DNA of 64,000 nucleotides from an uncultured Candidatus Saccharibacteria bacterium (GCA_937903325.1 CALCZR010000003.1:3898-67897), one strand, 5' to 3'; shown: positions 40,029-48,255, counted from the first letter of the stretch. A program made the numbers and translations. Notes: generated from the letters alone by a model not told the origin.

Positions 40029-40950
40029 AGATGAAGCTAAAAAGGGTAACCTTTTCGATGTCCTAGAGTGGGAAAACTATATCGGTCAGGAGAAGATCAA
40101 GGAACGTCTACAAATCAAGATCCAAGCGGCGATGGCTCGATTCGAGCAGATGGATCATGCTCTTATCCTCGGGCAATCTGGTACAGGTAAGACAACTATC
40201 GCCAGACTTATTGCGAAGGAACATAACGCTTCTTTCCTCGACATCATGATCACCCCGAGTTTTACACCTAAGACTCTGGCCAAGATGCTGATTCAATTCG
40301 AAGAGGAAGAGGATGGTGGCATTGTTCTTCTTGACGAGCTTCACAACTTCACCAAGAAAGATCAGCACTACCTTTACTCTATCCTTCTTGATAACTGTAT
40401 CAGTTATGACTCTGGTAAGCGTCATTACTTTACTAAGCCTATCACGATCATCGCTGCAACTACGGACGAGAAGGATCTGACGCCTGCACTCAGAGGCCGT
40501 TTTGGTGCCCCGTATCGCCTCCGTGACTACACCGATAAAGAGATGGGGCAGATCGTAGAACGCATGGCTTACAAGGCCGGTCTAGACCCTACGATCGAAA
40601 CCTGTGTAGCACTAGGTCGTGCAAGTGCTGGCTCCCCAAGACAGGCAGCAGACCTTATCAAGACTGCACGAGATCTAGGAAGCATGGACCCAGGTCCGAT
40701 CCTAGAACTTTCAGAGATCACCAAGGACGGTCTGACCGTAGATCATATTGCTATCCTTGAAAGTCTCCGTAACCTTGGTAACATTGCCGGTCTAGAAAAC
40801 ATCAGTAACCACTCTGGTCGTGCCAGAGAAGATATTGTCACCCTAGAGAAGTTGCTCGTTAAGAAAGGGCTTATCGACATGGGTGGCAAAGGTCGTGAAT
40901 TAACCATCAAGGGTATGAAAGCCCTGAACGAAGCAGTAGGTAAAAAATGA
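40021..40950 (+). CDS. RuvB-like AAA+ ATPase
   Basis: AAGGAGAACG-ATG 40021. YIGQEKIKERL...MDHALILGQSGTGKTTIARLIA (Walker A), VLLDELH (Walker B), IIAATTDEKDLTPALRGRFG (sensor 1 / Arg finger region), collinear with RuvB. Confidence 0.8.
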   Translation: MTEDEAKKGNLFDVLEWENYIGQEKIKERLQIKIQAAMARFEQMDHALILGQSGTGKTTIARLIAKEHNASFLDIMITPSFTPKTLAKMLIQFEEEEDGGIVLLDELHNFTKKDQHYLYSILLDNCISYDSGKRHYFTKPITIIAATTDEKDLTPALRGRFGAPYRLRDYTDKEMGQIVERMAYKAGLDPTIETCVALGRASAGSPRQAADLIKTARDLGSMDPGPILELSEITKDGLTVDHIAILESLRNLGNIAGLENISNHSGRAREDIVTLEKLLVKKGLIDMGGKGRELTIKGMKALNEAVGKK

Positions 40951-41711
40951 GATCATATGTTTCACAGCTAACCATTGAGCTAGATGACATCACAACTGTA
41001 GGTCGGCTCTGGCCTATCCGTCAGAGTGAAAGTAAATTCAAGCTCTGCACGAAAGACTACGATCCAGTTCATCAGATTTACCAAGATGATGAAGACAACA
41101 CTTACCGTAAAGGTGAGCTGATCTACGGTCGGCCTGTTAAGGGTCAGTATAAACTTGATCCGGTTGGTGACATCGAAGAGATCAAAGATGCTCGTACTTC
41201 TACACTAGAGAAAAATCTTCTGGTTCTCAGTGCTCATGATGCAAATAGAGTTAATGAGTATCTCTACCCGGCTGATACACAAGGCTATGTCTTTCAACCA
41301 GTCAGACTGAACTCTTCAGGCCATGTCGTGCCAGATAAGCTCAACGAAATCAGACATAACATCATCAACGTGCTTCTACGTGATGCTAATGTTGTGCTGC
41401 TTGGTAAATGTAACATGCAGAATCATGAAGGTCTATTCCGTCTCGGTCTGTATCGTGGTATGATTACTGTACAGAAGCAGTTGTACCCAGAAGACTTGAA
41501 TGACTTTGATTTCGAAACTCCGATCAGTAACCCTAAGCTAGCGGAGAAAGCCCAGGAGCTAGCGAAAGAACTTGTCCGAGACTTCGAACCTGAAGCCTAT
41601 GAGAACGAGATCAAGCGACGTATCGAAATGATCGCTACAGGGAACTACCAGATTAAGCCTGCTGATCCTGTACTGGATCTAATCAAGGCGATGGAAGAAT
41701 TCATGTCGTAA
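40947..41711 (+). CDS. ku: Ku-like DNA end-binding protein
   Basis: Collinear by eye with bacterial Ku: MRSY..TIEL..., PVKGQYKLDP, VLSAHDANRVNEYLYPADTQGYVFQP (cf. FV....D..YFD..YYL.P), LYPEDLNDFDF, PKLAEKAQELAKELVRDFEPEAYENEIKRRIEMI. Confidence 0.65.
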   Translation: MRSYVSQLTIELDDITTVGRLWPIRQSESKFKLCTKDYDPVHQIYQDDEDNTYRKGELIYGRPVKGQYKLDPVGDIEEIKDARTSTLEKNLLVLSAHDANRVNEYLYPADTQGYVFQPVRLNSSGHVVPDKLNEIRHNIINVLLRDANVVLLGKCNMQNHEGLFRLGLYRGMITVQKQLYPEDLNDFDFETPISNPKLAEKAQELAKELVRDFEPEAYENEIKRRIEMIATGNYQIKPADPVLDLIKAMEEFMS

Positions 41712-41725
41712 CCCAAGGAGACTTG

Positions 41726-41896
41726 ATGAAAAGTTTTAAAGAAATCCTATACAGTGCGTACCTCGGTCTATGTGACGAGCATGACGTAGTTCCTGGCTCA
41801 CAAGAAGCCACGTATCTCTGGAAAGAGTACACCGCAGACATGAATACGCTCAATCTGATCGAGAAGATTGAGGCAACGGGGAGTTTAAGTGAATGA
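41726..41896 (+). CDS. hypothetical small protein (56 aa, below track cutoff)
   Basis: AAGGAG-N5-ATG 41726; MKSFKEILYSAYLGLCDEHDVVPGSQEATYLW...; replaces antisense track ORF 41701-41913. Confidence 0.5.
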   Translation: MKSFKEILYSAYLGLCDEHDVVPGSQEATYLWKEYTADMNTLNLIEKIEATGSLSE

Positions 41897-42077
41897 AGAT
41901 GAATGGGAAGCAATTGAGCCGACAGATCTGGAACTCGAAGAGATCGAATCTCTCGATGATCTAGTGGATGACCCTATCCACTACGCTATATCCAGACTAG
42001 AACTAGAAGATTCGTATGAAGGTCAGACAATCGATCTTCATACACAGATCTCCTTTAAAGGAGTAAGACTTGCCTAA
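41889..42077 (+). CDS. hypothetical acidic protein (62 aa)
   Basis: GTG start, 8-nt overlap. Confidence 0.45.
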   Translation: MNEDEWEAIEPTDLELEEIESLDDLVDDPIHYAISRLELEDSYEGQTIDLHTQISFKGVRLA

Positions 42078-42288
42078 TCCGCTTGAAGACTTACAAAAAC
42101 TAGAGGAAGTTATTACTCTTCTTCTGATTGATCAGGGACTCGAAGTAGAAGAACACTCTCTGCACGTTAGACCTGATGGGGTCATCGCATTCAGAGCTAA
42201 CATTCTACCTGTAGCTATGATCTCTGCAGAAGACTTCAATCAGGAAGAGTATGATAAGATCTTCCTCGATCTGATTGGAGACTTTTGA
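42070..42288 (+). CDS. hypothetical protein (72 aa)
   Basis: TTG-start ORF overlapping the upstream gene. Confidence 0.45.
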   Translation: MPNPLEDLQKLEEVITLLLIDQGLEVEEHSLHVRPDGVIAFRANILPVAMISAEDFNQEEYDKIFLDLIGDF

Positions 42289-42533
42289 TAGTAGAACAAA
42301 TTCTAGAAGCTGATAGCGATGAGTGTATCGCTCGGGCAGCAGAATATATGGTGAAGTTTCACGAGCCAGGACGAGGTAATAGCTGCAGCGGATCATACAG
42401 TTATACTATATCTACCGATGCAGAGAACGCTCAAGTATGGTTACAGCTTGCTGAACTTAAGTTCAGGAAAGAACAACTAGTAAGATCTTACGGTATGACA
42501 GGGCCAACAGGTCCTAGTTATCCATATTATTAA
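42285..42533 (+). CDS. hypothetical protein (82 aa)
   Basis: TTG-start ORF, 4-nt overlap. Confidence 0.45.
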   Translation: MIVEQILEADSDECIARAAEYMVKFHEPGRGNSCSGSYSYTISTDAENAQVWLQLAELKFRKEQLVRSYGMTGPTGPSYPYY

Positions 42534-42541
42534 GGACTGAG

Positions 42542-42724
42542 ATGAAACTAACAGACGAACAATACGTTGCCCTACTAGCAATCCTAGTACCGGCTGAAGA
42601 TTATCAAAGTGAAGATCCGACACCGCATTTCAAGGATCTACGTCTACTTATCGATCATGAGACAGAGTTACGAGGCTATGCTGACTATGGTGTAGCCTAC
42701 TATGAACTAGTGATGGGACTGTAA
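42542..42724 (+). CDS. hypothetical protein (60 aa)
   Basis: ORF; AAGGACTGAG-ATG. Confidence 0.5.
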   Translation: MKLTDEQYVALLAILVPAEDYQSEDPTPHFKDLRLLIDHETELRGYADYGVAYYELVMGL

Positions 42725-42900
42725 TGCTTAACATTGAAGTAGCCGTAGAGGCTGACGAAGAGATCCTAGAAGAAATGGCAATCGATCCTGAAGCAGGATA
42801 CGAACTTCATTTCTACCGGCGAGACGCAACCTATCTCGGTACACCAGATGAATATAGGGATTCTACCGTAGGGTTCCAAGTACGAAAGAAAGAATCATGA
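42724..42900 (+). CDS. hypothetical small protein (58 aa, below track cutoff)
   Basis: TAATG junction; MLNIEVAVEADEEILEEMAIDPEAGYELHFYRRD... Confidence 0.45.
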   Translation: MLNIEVAVEADEEILEEMAIDPEAGYELHFYRRDATYLGTPDEYRDSTVGFQVRKKES

Positions 42901-43022
42901 TGACTAATAGCAAATTTTGGCTTATGCTTAGCTCTATAGCTGCAGGTCTATGCTTTGAAAACATTCAAACCGCAGTGACCCAAGGGGGAAAAATTCTTTT
43001 GGCTTATTCTTCCACTTGGTAA
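42897..43022 (+). CDS. possible small membrane peptide (41 aa)
   Basis: ATGA junction; FWLMLSSIAAGLCF hydrophobic core; last + strand ORF before the inverted module. Confidence 0.3.
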   Translation: MMTNSKFWLMLSSIAAGLCFENIQTAVTQGGKILLAYSSTW

Positions 43023-43063
43023 TATCTGGGGTGTCTGGTCAAGATACCAGGAGGTCATGAATA

Positions 43064-43444
43064 TCAACGATCTTTCAGGACATTCAGACCAGGGCAGCGG
43101 TTCTTGGAGTCAAGATCAGTAGCGTCACGTAGTGACTGACTAGCATCATTGTATGCTTTAGTCTTCACAAGAACAACCTGGGGATTCGGTACACCAGTGC
43201 CAATGTAGAGGTTTAGAAGCTCATTCTGTGCTCGACGTTCTGCTGAGTCACGCTCATTGTAGCAGACGTTGTATTCCATGAAAGGCGTACGACGACTGAA
43301 TGCTGTACTGAGATTGAAATTCATCAGCATAAGAATAGAGAACATAGCTATAACCGCAATACCAAAGCCGATTTTACCTCGGTCGGTCTTGCGGCGTACT
43401 TTAACCTTAGCTTCTTGCTTAATCTCTTCTAGCTCTTTATTCAT
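43064..43444 (-). CDS. N-terminally membrane-anchored protein (126 aa)
   Basis: ATG 43444 (8-nt overlap with the upstream gene) gives MNKELEEIKQEAKVKVRRKTDRGKIGFGIAVIAMFSILMLMNF: basic region plus one TM. Confidence 0.55.
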   Translation of the reverse strand: MNKELEEIKQEAKVKVRRKTDRGKIGFGIAVIAMFSILMLMNFNLSTAFSRRTPFMEYNVCYNERDSAERRAQNELLNLYIGTGVPNPQVVLVKTKAYNDASQSLRDATDLDSKNRCPGLNVLKDR

Positions 43445-43814
43445 TCTTACCCCTACGGACAAGTTGATCAGGGTCACCACCGAGACGACGTATTTCATCA
43501 CGAAGAATGTTAATCTCATGACCTAGCTTCTTGATTTCTTCGTTCTGACTATTGATCTGCATACTTTGATTTGCAATCTGTTCTGCCTGTAATGTCATTT
43601 GATCTGCCTGGATCTTAATTAAGGCTTGAAGTTCAGCAATCTGTGTTCTAAGACCAGTAATTTCCACCTCAAGTCTACCTACGATTCGCTCAGCAGCATG
43701 GGCGATAAGATCTGTAGCTTCAGCGTCAGTCTTTTTGCGTCCCGCATAGGAGACGATCGCTTGTACTAGACCGCCACCTAGAAGTGCGGCGAGAACTGGA
43801 CCCCAAAAACTCAT
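43437..43814 (-). CDS. membrane-anchored coiled-coil protein (125 aa)
   Basis: TM FWGPVLAALLGGGLVQAIVSYA followed by about 90 aa of heptad-like Q/L/I/E-rich sequence. Confidence 0.6.
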   Translation of the reverse strand: MSFWGPVLAALLGGGLVQAIVSYAGRKKTDAEATDLIAHAAERIVGRLEVEITGLRTQIAELQALIKIQADQMTLQAEQIANQSMQINSQNEEIKKLGHEINILRDEIRRLGGDPDQLVRRGKNE

Positions 43815-44185
43815 TTCTCATTACCGTCCTTCTCGTCCTCGATACCCATGCGGAGTAGTACTGCCCGTTCTAACTGATCTCCTAAATCGTCTTGTGCCTT
43901 CATGCCATGTCTTGGTGGGTCACCCCAGACAAATTTCCAACTTAGGAAACCGATACCTTGCATAACAAGTACCCAGTTGGTTACCTGTGCCTCTGAAAAT
44001 AACGGGTAGAGATAAGCTATGAAGTAAAATAAAGCCAAGACTCCTCTCGTAAATCTTGGCTTGAAAAGAATACCTGTATTACTAGCTTTAAAATTCCAAT
44101 ACATAGCATAGATTGTACCAATAATATTCAAGATGATGAAAGCAATTTGAATAACTGGTAAATGTGAATTCAAAAGACTAGTCAT
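43811..44185 (-). CDS. multi-pass membrane protein (124 aa, 3-4 TM)
   Basis: LPVIQIAFIILNIIGTIYAMYW, GVLALFYFIAYLYPLF, WVLVMQGIGFLSWKFVW. Confidence 0.6.
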   Translation of the reverse strand: MTSLLNSHLPVIQIAFIILNIIGTIYAMYWNFKASNTGILFKPRFTRGVLALFYFIAYLYPLFSEAQVTNWVLVMQGIGFLSWKFVWGDPPRHGMKAQDDLGDQLERAVLLRMGIEDEKDGNEK

Positions 44186-44212
44186 ACCTTCTCCAATATC
44201 ATGTCTACCCGT

Positions 44213-44235
44213 GTCGTTCTATAGAACTTAACGAC
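44213..44235. promoter_or_regulatory. palindromic operator candidate in a divergent intergenic region
   Basis: Perfect 12-bp palindrome GTTCTATAGAAC (44216-44227), overlapped by inverted repeat GTCGTT (44213-18) / AACGAC (44230-35), between the starts at 44185 (-) and 44250 (+). Confidence 0.35.
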
Positions 44236-44249
44236 AAAAAGGATTAAAA

Positions 44250-44531
44250 ATGAGCTTAAACAAAGACGAACTTGTCGTCGGTGGGATTTACCAGGTCGAT
44301 GCACGTAATTACTTCGCTGCAATCTGGGATGGTGAGAAGTTTCTCGGCCCTTCTAGGATCGATGGGAACTGGGAACTCGTGCCTGAATGGCACTACTCGG
44401 ATGGTTATCCTAGGGGAACAGTAACTAGTGCCCGCAAGATCGGCCCACTAAACATTACTATCAATACTTATGGTGGTAATTTCATTGCGTTACTAGCAGC
44501 GCTTAGTGAAATTAGTTTCGAGGACTACTGA
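44250..44531 (+). CDS. hypothetical protein (93 aa)
   Basis: AAAAGGATTAAAA-ATG. Confidence 0.6.
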   Translation: MSLNKDELVVGGIYQVDARNYFAAIWDGEKFLGPSRIDGNWELVPEWHYSDGYPRGTVTSARKIGPLNITINTYGGNFIALLAALSEISFEDY

Positions 44532-44866
44532 TGATCCATATCATGTCATTTGGTTACAAGTATACTGACATCCCCGAAGGTTACATGGAGATTGATTGTC
44601 GTAAAATTCGTAACCCATTCACCCATCCAACCTTTAAAGGTAAGACTTGGCTAGATGCTGGTCTACAAGGCTATGTGATCGAAGATCCCAGGACCGCAGA
44701 ACTTCTATGGAAGGCCAGAGATGCTATCGGATCTAACACAGAATTCTCCGTGGCTTTCGGGTGTGTCGGAGGATCTCACCGCTCTGTAATTTTAGCGGAA
44801 CTCTTGAAGGACATATTGCGTGACAGAGAGGTAGAAGTGATACATAGAGATTTGGAGAAACCATGA
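44531..44866 (+). CDS. stand-alone RapZ C-terminal-domain-like protein
   Basis: IMSFGYKYTDIP..IDCRKIRNPF...TFKGKT.LD....Y......FSVAFGCVGGSHRSVILAELL...HRDLEK is collinear with the RapZ CTD (SFGFKYG.P..FDVRFLPNP...TG.D...AIGCTGGKHRSV...HR.LEK). No P-loop N-domain. Confidence 0.7.
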   Translation: MIHIMSFGYKYTDIPEGYMEIDCRKIRNPFTHPTFKGKTWLDAGLQGYVIEDPRTAELLWKARDAIGSNTEFSVAFGCVGGSHRSVILAELLKDILRDREVEVIHRDLEKP

Positions 44867-45264
44867 AGGACTTAGTTAATACAAGAGAAGAAAATGACTA
44901 CTGGTATTTCAGTGGTAGTTATGGTGAACTCATTGATTCATTTGAAATTGAAACTCTTATCGAAGTACATGATCACGATTACCAGGGTGACTCTCGTTAT
45001 CTTTTTAAGAGTGGAGAAGAGTATGGTATCCTGATCTTTGGTTGGGGATCTTGTTCCGGCTGTGATTCACTTGAGGCATGTTCCACCTTTGAAGAAGTAG
45101 TGCGGCTACGTGATGTTCTCTGGGACTCCACCGAATGGCACACCTTCGATGATATGAAGACCTACGTCGAGACTAGAGATTGGGAAGGCCAATACTTCTA
45201 CCATGACAAGGAATCAAAAGAGTTTATCAATGCTGTCAAGAGTTACTTTGGAGTTGAACTATGA
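44863..45264 (+). CDS. hypothetical protein (133 aa)
   Basis: ATGA overlap; FGWGSCSGCDSLEAC motif. Confidence 0.6.
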   Translation: MKDLVNTREENDYWYFSGSYGELIDSFEIETLIEVHDHDYQGDSRYLFKSGEEYGILIFGWGSCSGCDSLEACSTFEEVVRLRDVLWDSTEWHTFDDMKTYVETRDWEGQYFYHDKESKEFINAVKSYFGVEL

Positions 45265-45842
45265 CTAAGCCTGTAATCCTGGTGGATCAAGATGGCGTGC
45301 TAGCTGACTTCGATGCAAGAGCGCAAGAAGTCTGTGCCCAGAATGGTTGGCACCTAGACTTTGGCCATCCTTCTGAACGGCAGAAACGGTTCCTTACCGA
45401 TCACGTTATTGACAAGCACCATCGCAATCAGCTACGTAAACACATTGACTTCACCCCTTATTTTGCAGACCTTCCAGTGATTGAAGGTGCTCTACAAGGC
45501 ATGAAAGAACTTGACAGGGTAGCTGAAGTATGGATCTGTAGTAAGCCTCTCGACAACAACACTTCATGTGCGAGTGACAAAGTTGCATGGGTGAAACGTC
45601 ATCTACCCAAGTTTCATGGTAGACTTATCCTAGCCGGTGACAAGAGCCTAGTCCAGGGCGATGTTCTGCTCGATGATGCGCCTAAACCGAAGTGGTTTGA
45701 ACGAGCTACTTGGCAGCCACTAGTCTATACTCAGCCTTTTAACTCTCATCCAGGTTCAGAACTGTATGATCTACCCCATTTCAAGTGGGGCGATCCAATC
45801 GAAAACATTCTCAATCAAGTAAAGGACAAAGAAAATGCCTGA
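45261..45842 (+). CDS. 5'(3')-deoxyribonucleotidase (HAD superfamily, NT5C-like)
   Basis: ILVDQDGVLADFD (DxDGVLADF nucleophile motif), later CSKP and LLDDAP motifs. Confidence 0.8.
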   Translation: MTKPVILVDQDGVLADFDARAQEVCAQNGWHLDFGHPSERQKRFLTDHVIDKHHRNQLRKHIDFTPYFADLPVIEGALQGMKELDRVAEVWICSKPLDNNTSCASDKVAWVKRHLPKFHGRLILAGDKSLVQGDVLLDDAPKPKWFERATWQPLVYTQPFNSHPGSELYDLPHFKWGDPIENILNQVKDKENA

Positions 45843-46197
45843 AATTACAATCAACCTGACAGACCAGCAGCTAGCCGATATTGCCATGAGTAAATATGGT
45901 GTGCCCGGTGCGGTGAGTGACCTAGTGAAAGCCGAGGCCACTAAAACCATTGAGGCTACCCTGAAGGGTTCTCTAGTGACATCGCTTCTAGAGTCACTGA
46001 AAGACCTCGTACCTAAAGATAAAATTGAGGCTACACTTTATGTGTCGGTGCTTAAGGAAGCTCATACTCTTGTTCAAGACAAGCTAGCTGAAATCGGTCT
46101 AGATTATGAGATCTATGTGACTCTCGCTGATGGACGGTATCTTGACAGATATGATGATTACGGTAAGACTTGGGTCAGTTCATCGGATAATTGCTGA
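45835..46197 (+). CDS. family-C paralogue (terminal ...W[VM]SS..C), 120 aa
   Basis: KLAEIGLDYEIYVTL...YGKTWVSSSDNC*; Cys codon immediately before the stop. Confidence 0.6.
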   Translation: MPEITINLTDQQLADIAMSKYGVPGAVSDLVKAEATKTIEATLKGSLVTSLLESLKDLVPKDKIEATLYVSVLKEAHTLVQDKLAEIGLDYEIYVTLADGRYLDRYDDYGKTWVSSSDNC

Positions 46198-46385
46198 TGG
46201 AACAACCTGAGCCTGGTTCATGGTGGGATCAGAAAGGTGATGATTCCGGTTGGGGTTACTATATTATCGGACCTCATCCTTTCCACCCAGACTGGGTTAT
46301 TTATGTTGGTAGTAGTGCTCATCTAGCAGTCTATACCAACCCTCTAGATAGATTTTACGAATTACATACACCAAGGGAGCAATAA
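46191..46385 (+). CDS. hypothetical protein (64 aa)
   Basis: ORF wedged between family-C copies; Trp/Pro/His-rich. Confidence 0.5.
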   Translation: MLMEQPEPGSWWDQKGDDSGWGYYIIGPHPFHPDWVIYVGSSAHLAVYTNPLDRFYELHTPREQ

Positions 46386-46642
46386 TGGATATTTCAGATG
46401 CAGTAGAACTAATTAAATCACTTGATCCAGTAGATAAAGAAGCAGCAGAGAACGTTGAGAAGGAATTACGCATACTCACTGGTACCCTACAGAATAAGCT
46501 TAGAGAAATCGGCTTGAAGTTTGAGATCGAAGTCTCATTCGGTAATGAATGGCTCTACCTCGATCTAGAAGATGATAGAGAAGAAGATTGGTACGGTAAC
46601 CGAAAAGGTGACTGGGTAAGCTCAGGAGATTTCCCATGCTAA
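46385..46642 (+). CDS. family-C paralogue, 85 aa
   Basis: KLREIGLKFEIEVSF...RKGDWVSSGDFPC*. Confidence 0.6.
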   Translation: MDISDAVELIKSLDPVDKEAAENVEKELRILTGTLQNKLREIGLKFEIEVSFGNEWLYLDLEDDREEDWYGNRKGDWVSSGDFPC

Positions 46643-46977
46643 CAGAAGATATCATCAGTCTCATCGCAGAATTCACAGCAACAGATGAACCTAGTGCCGA
46701 GGTGGCCCTAGATGAACTGAAAAAGATCAAACAAGCAATTGACAACCGTATCGTTGACATTGCTCTTGAGTATGAAGTAAGTTATAAGTATCGACGCATG
46801 GGTAACCTGACGTTAGACCTGGGCGCTGCCGAAGAGCTTAAGGGATTAGTAGAGAATGAAGATGGAGATTGGGTTGATCCTGATCATCCCGAGTACGGCG
46901 TTATCTACGAAGCTTACGAAGTTGAAGAGATGGATAGATACAAGGGCCAGTGGATGTCATCTTCCGCTTATTGTTAA
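46636..46977 (+). CDS. family-C paralogue, 113 aa
   Basis: RIVDIALEYEVSYKY...YKGQWMSSSAYC*. Confidence 0.6.
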   Translation: MLTEDIISLIAEFTATDEPSAEVALDELKKIKQAIDNRIVDIALEYEVSYKYRRMGNLTLDLGAAEELKGLVENEDGDWVDPDHPEYGVIYEAYEVEEMDRYKGQWMSSSAYC

Positions 46978-46985
46978 GGAGAATA

Positions 46986-47939
46986 ATGAAACCACTCGCA
47001 ATTGTAGGTTCAGAAGCAGCAAGTTATCATGGAGTTCATGGTACAGGTTCAGGTTCTTACTATGAGACAGATTACATTTGTTACCCTGATGACTTTAAGG
47101 AACTTGTCCGTAAACGTTCACAAGTACAGGGTTACAACTTGCAGTGGTTGAAGCCTACGGATGCAGGCATGGCTGCAGGATTTACTGTGCGGTCAGGTGG
47201 AGTCCCAGAACATGAAGTGATTCTAGATGCAGAATTTATCGGCAGAGATAATCCGTCTTCGCAGCTAGTCTACGACTATATCCTTCGCACTGGTGACAGG
47301 GAACAGGGCTGGCAGTCAGAGGTTGTCTACGCTAATGTAGATACTCTTTATATGCTGAAGATGAGCCACCGTTACAAGAAAAACTCTCCACACTTTCTGA
47401 AGACAATGAAAGATATTCAGATCTTCAGAGAAGAGGGGGCCTGTATCCCAGATTATGACCTTTACGAGGCTCGTATGGATGCAACATATGAATATGCTCA
47501 TCCTAATCTTCGACGTACCAAGGAAGAGTTCTTCATCACGTCAGGTGAGTTGAAGTACGAATACGATCATGATTCCCTGCACCAGGCTGTAGCTCACCTC
47601 CCCCGACCTATGTACACTTACTACGCTGTAGATGGTGAGCAGGTCCTTAGTGACCGCAGTAAGTTTGAAGCTCTAGAAGAGCCATTAAAACGTTATGGTG
47701 TGCTGGAGGAAGCCTACGTACTCGCTCTTGAGCGATCAGTAATTCCTTTTGGAACCGACGCTGACACGGCGTTCTTCATGGCTTTGGAGAAGGTCTGTAC
47801 GTCGATCACTTCGGGTTGGTTTAGAGAATATGGATGGGAAAATTACGATGAAATCGTAGCGATGTACTACGAAGATGACAGTTATATTCAGAAATTCCAC
47901 GAAGCCGTCAAAAGCGGCGTAGCAAAGAAGGTAACATGA
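46986..47939 (+). CDS. hypothetical protein (317 aa)
   Basis: AAGGAGAATA-ATG 46986; no motif recognised. Confidence 0.65.
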   Translation: MKPLAIVGSEAASYHGVHGTGSGSYYETDYICYPDDFKELVRKRSQVQGYNLQWLKPTDAGMAAGFTVRSGGVPEHEVILDAEFIGRDNPSSQLVYDYILRTGDREQGWQSEVVYANVDTLYMLKMSHRYKKNSPHFLKTMKDIQIFREEGACIPDYDLYEARMDATYEYAHPNLRRTKEEFFITSGELKYEYDHDSLHQAVAHLPRPMYTYYAVDGEQVLSDRSKFEALEEPLKRYGVLEEAYVLALERSVIPFGTDADTAFFMALEKVCTSITSGWFREYGWENYDEIVAMYYEDDSYIQKFHEAVKSGVAKKVT

Positions 47940-48193
47940 GCAAAACAATTGATACAGTAATCGATAATCTAGTAACAGATGTTAAGGATCTACTTGACTT
48001 TGGTGCAGACCTGGCTAAGGATGCTGCTGATCGTGTCATCGATCTCGTTAATCCCCCAGAGAAAACTGATGCAGGAGCCAAGACTGAGCCGACCCCGCAG
48101 GAAAAGATTGCTAATCTGATTGGTCAGCTTGATCCTGAGACGGTAGTGGCAGCGCTTAAACTTCTAGCCAAGACGAAAGGGAGCAAGAAATGA
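47936..48193 (+). CDS. hypothetical protein (85 aa)
   Basis: ATGA overlap. Confidence 0.55.
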   Translation: MSKTIDTVIDNLVTDVKDLLDFGADLAKDAADRVIDLVNPPEKTDAGAKTEPTPQEKIANLIGQLDPETVVAALKLLAKTKGSKK

Positions 48194-48255
48194 TCACACT
48201 TATTGTTGGTATGATTGTTGGTGGCGGTATCGTCAACTACGTAAAGAAGAAGTAA
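48190..48255 (+). CDS. possible single-TM micro-peptide (21 aa)
   Basis: ATGA junction upstream and TAATG junction downstream; MITLIVGMIVGGGIVNYVKKK*. Confidence 0.35.
   Translation: MITLIVGMIVGGGIVNYVKKK

Noticed and set aside
41701-41913. Minus-strand ORF 41701-41913
   Set aside because: A + strand 56-aa ORF with AAGGAG-N5-ATG (41726-41896) occupies the same space and keeps the operon structure.
43064-44185. Calling the inverted membrane triad a holin/spanin lysis cassette
   Set aside because: No endolysin is adjacent and nothing beyond TM/coiled-coil topology supports it. I kept it as a hypothesis in the findings, not as an annotation.
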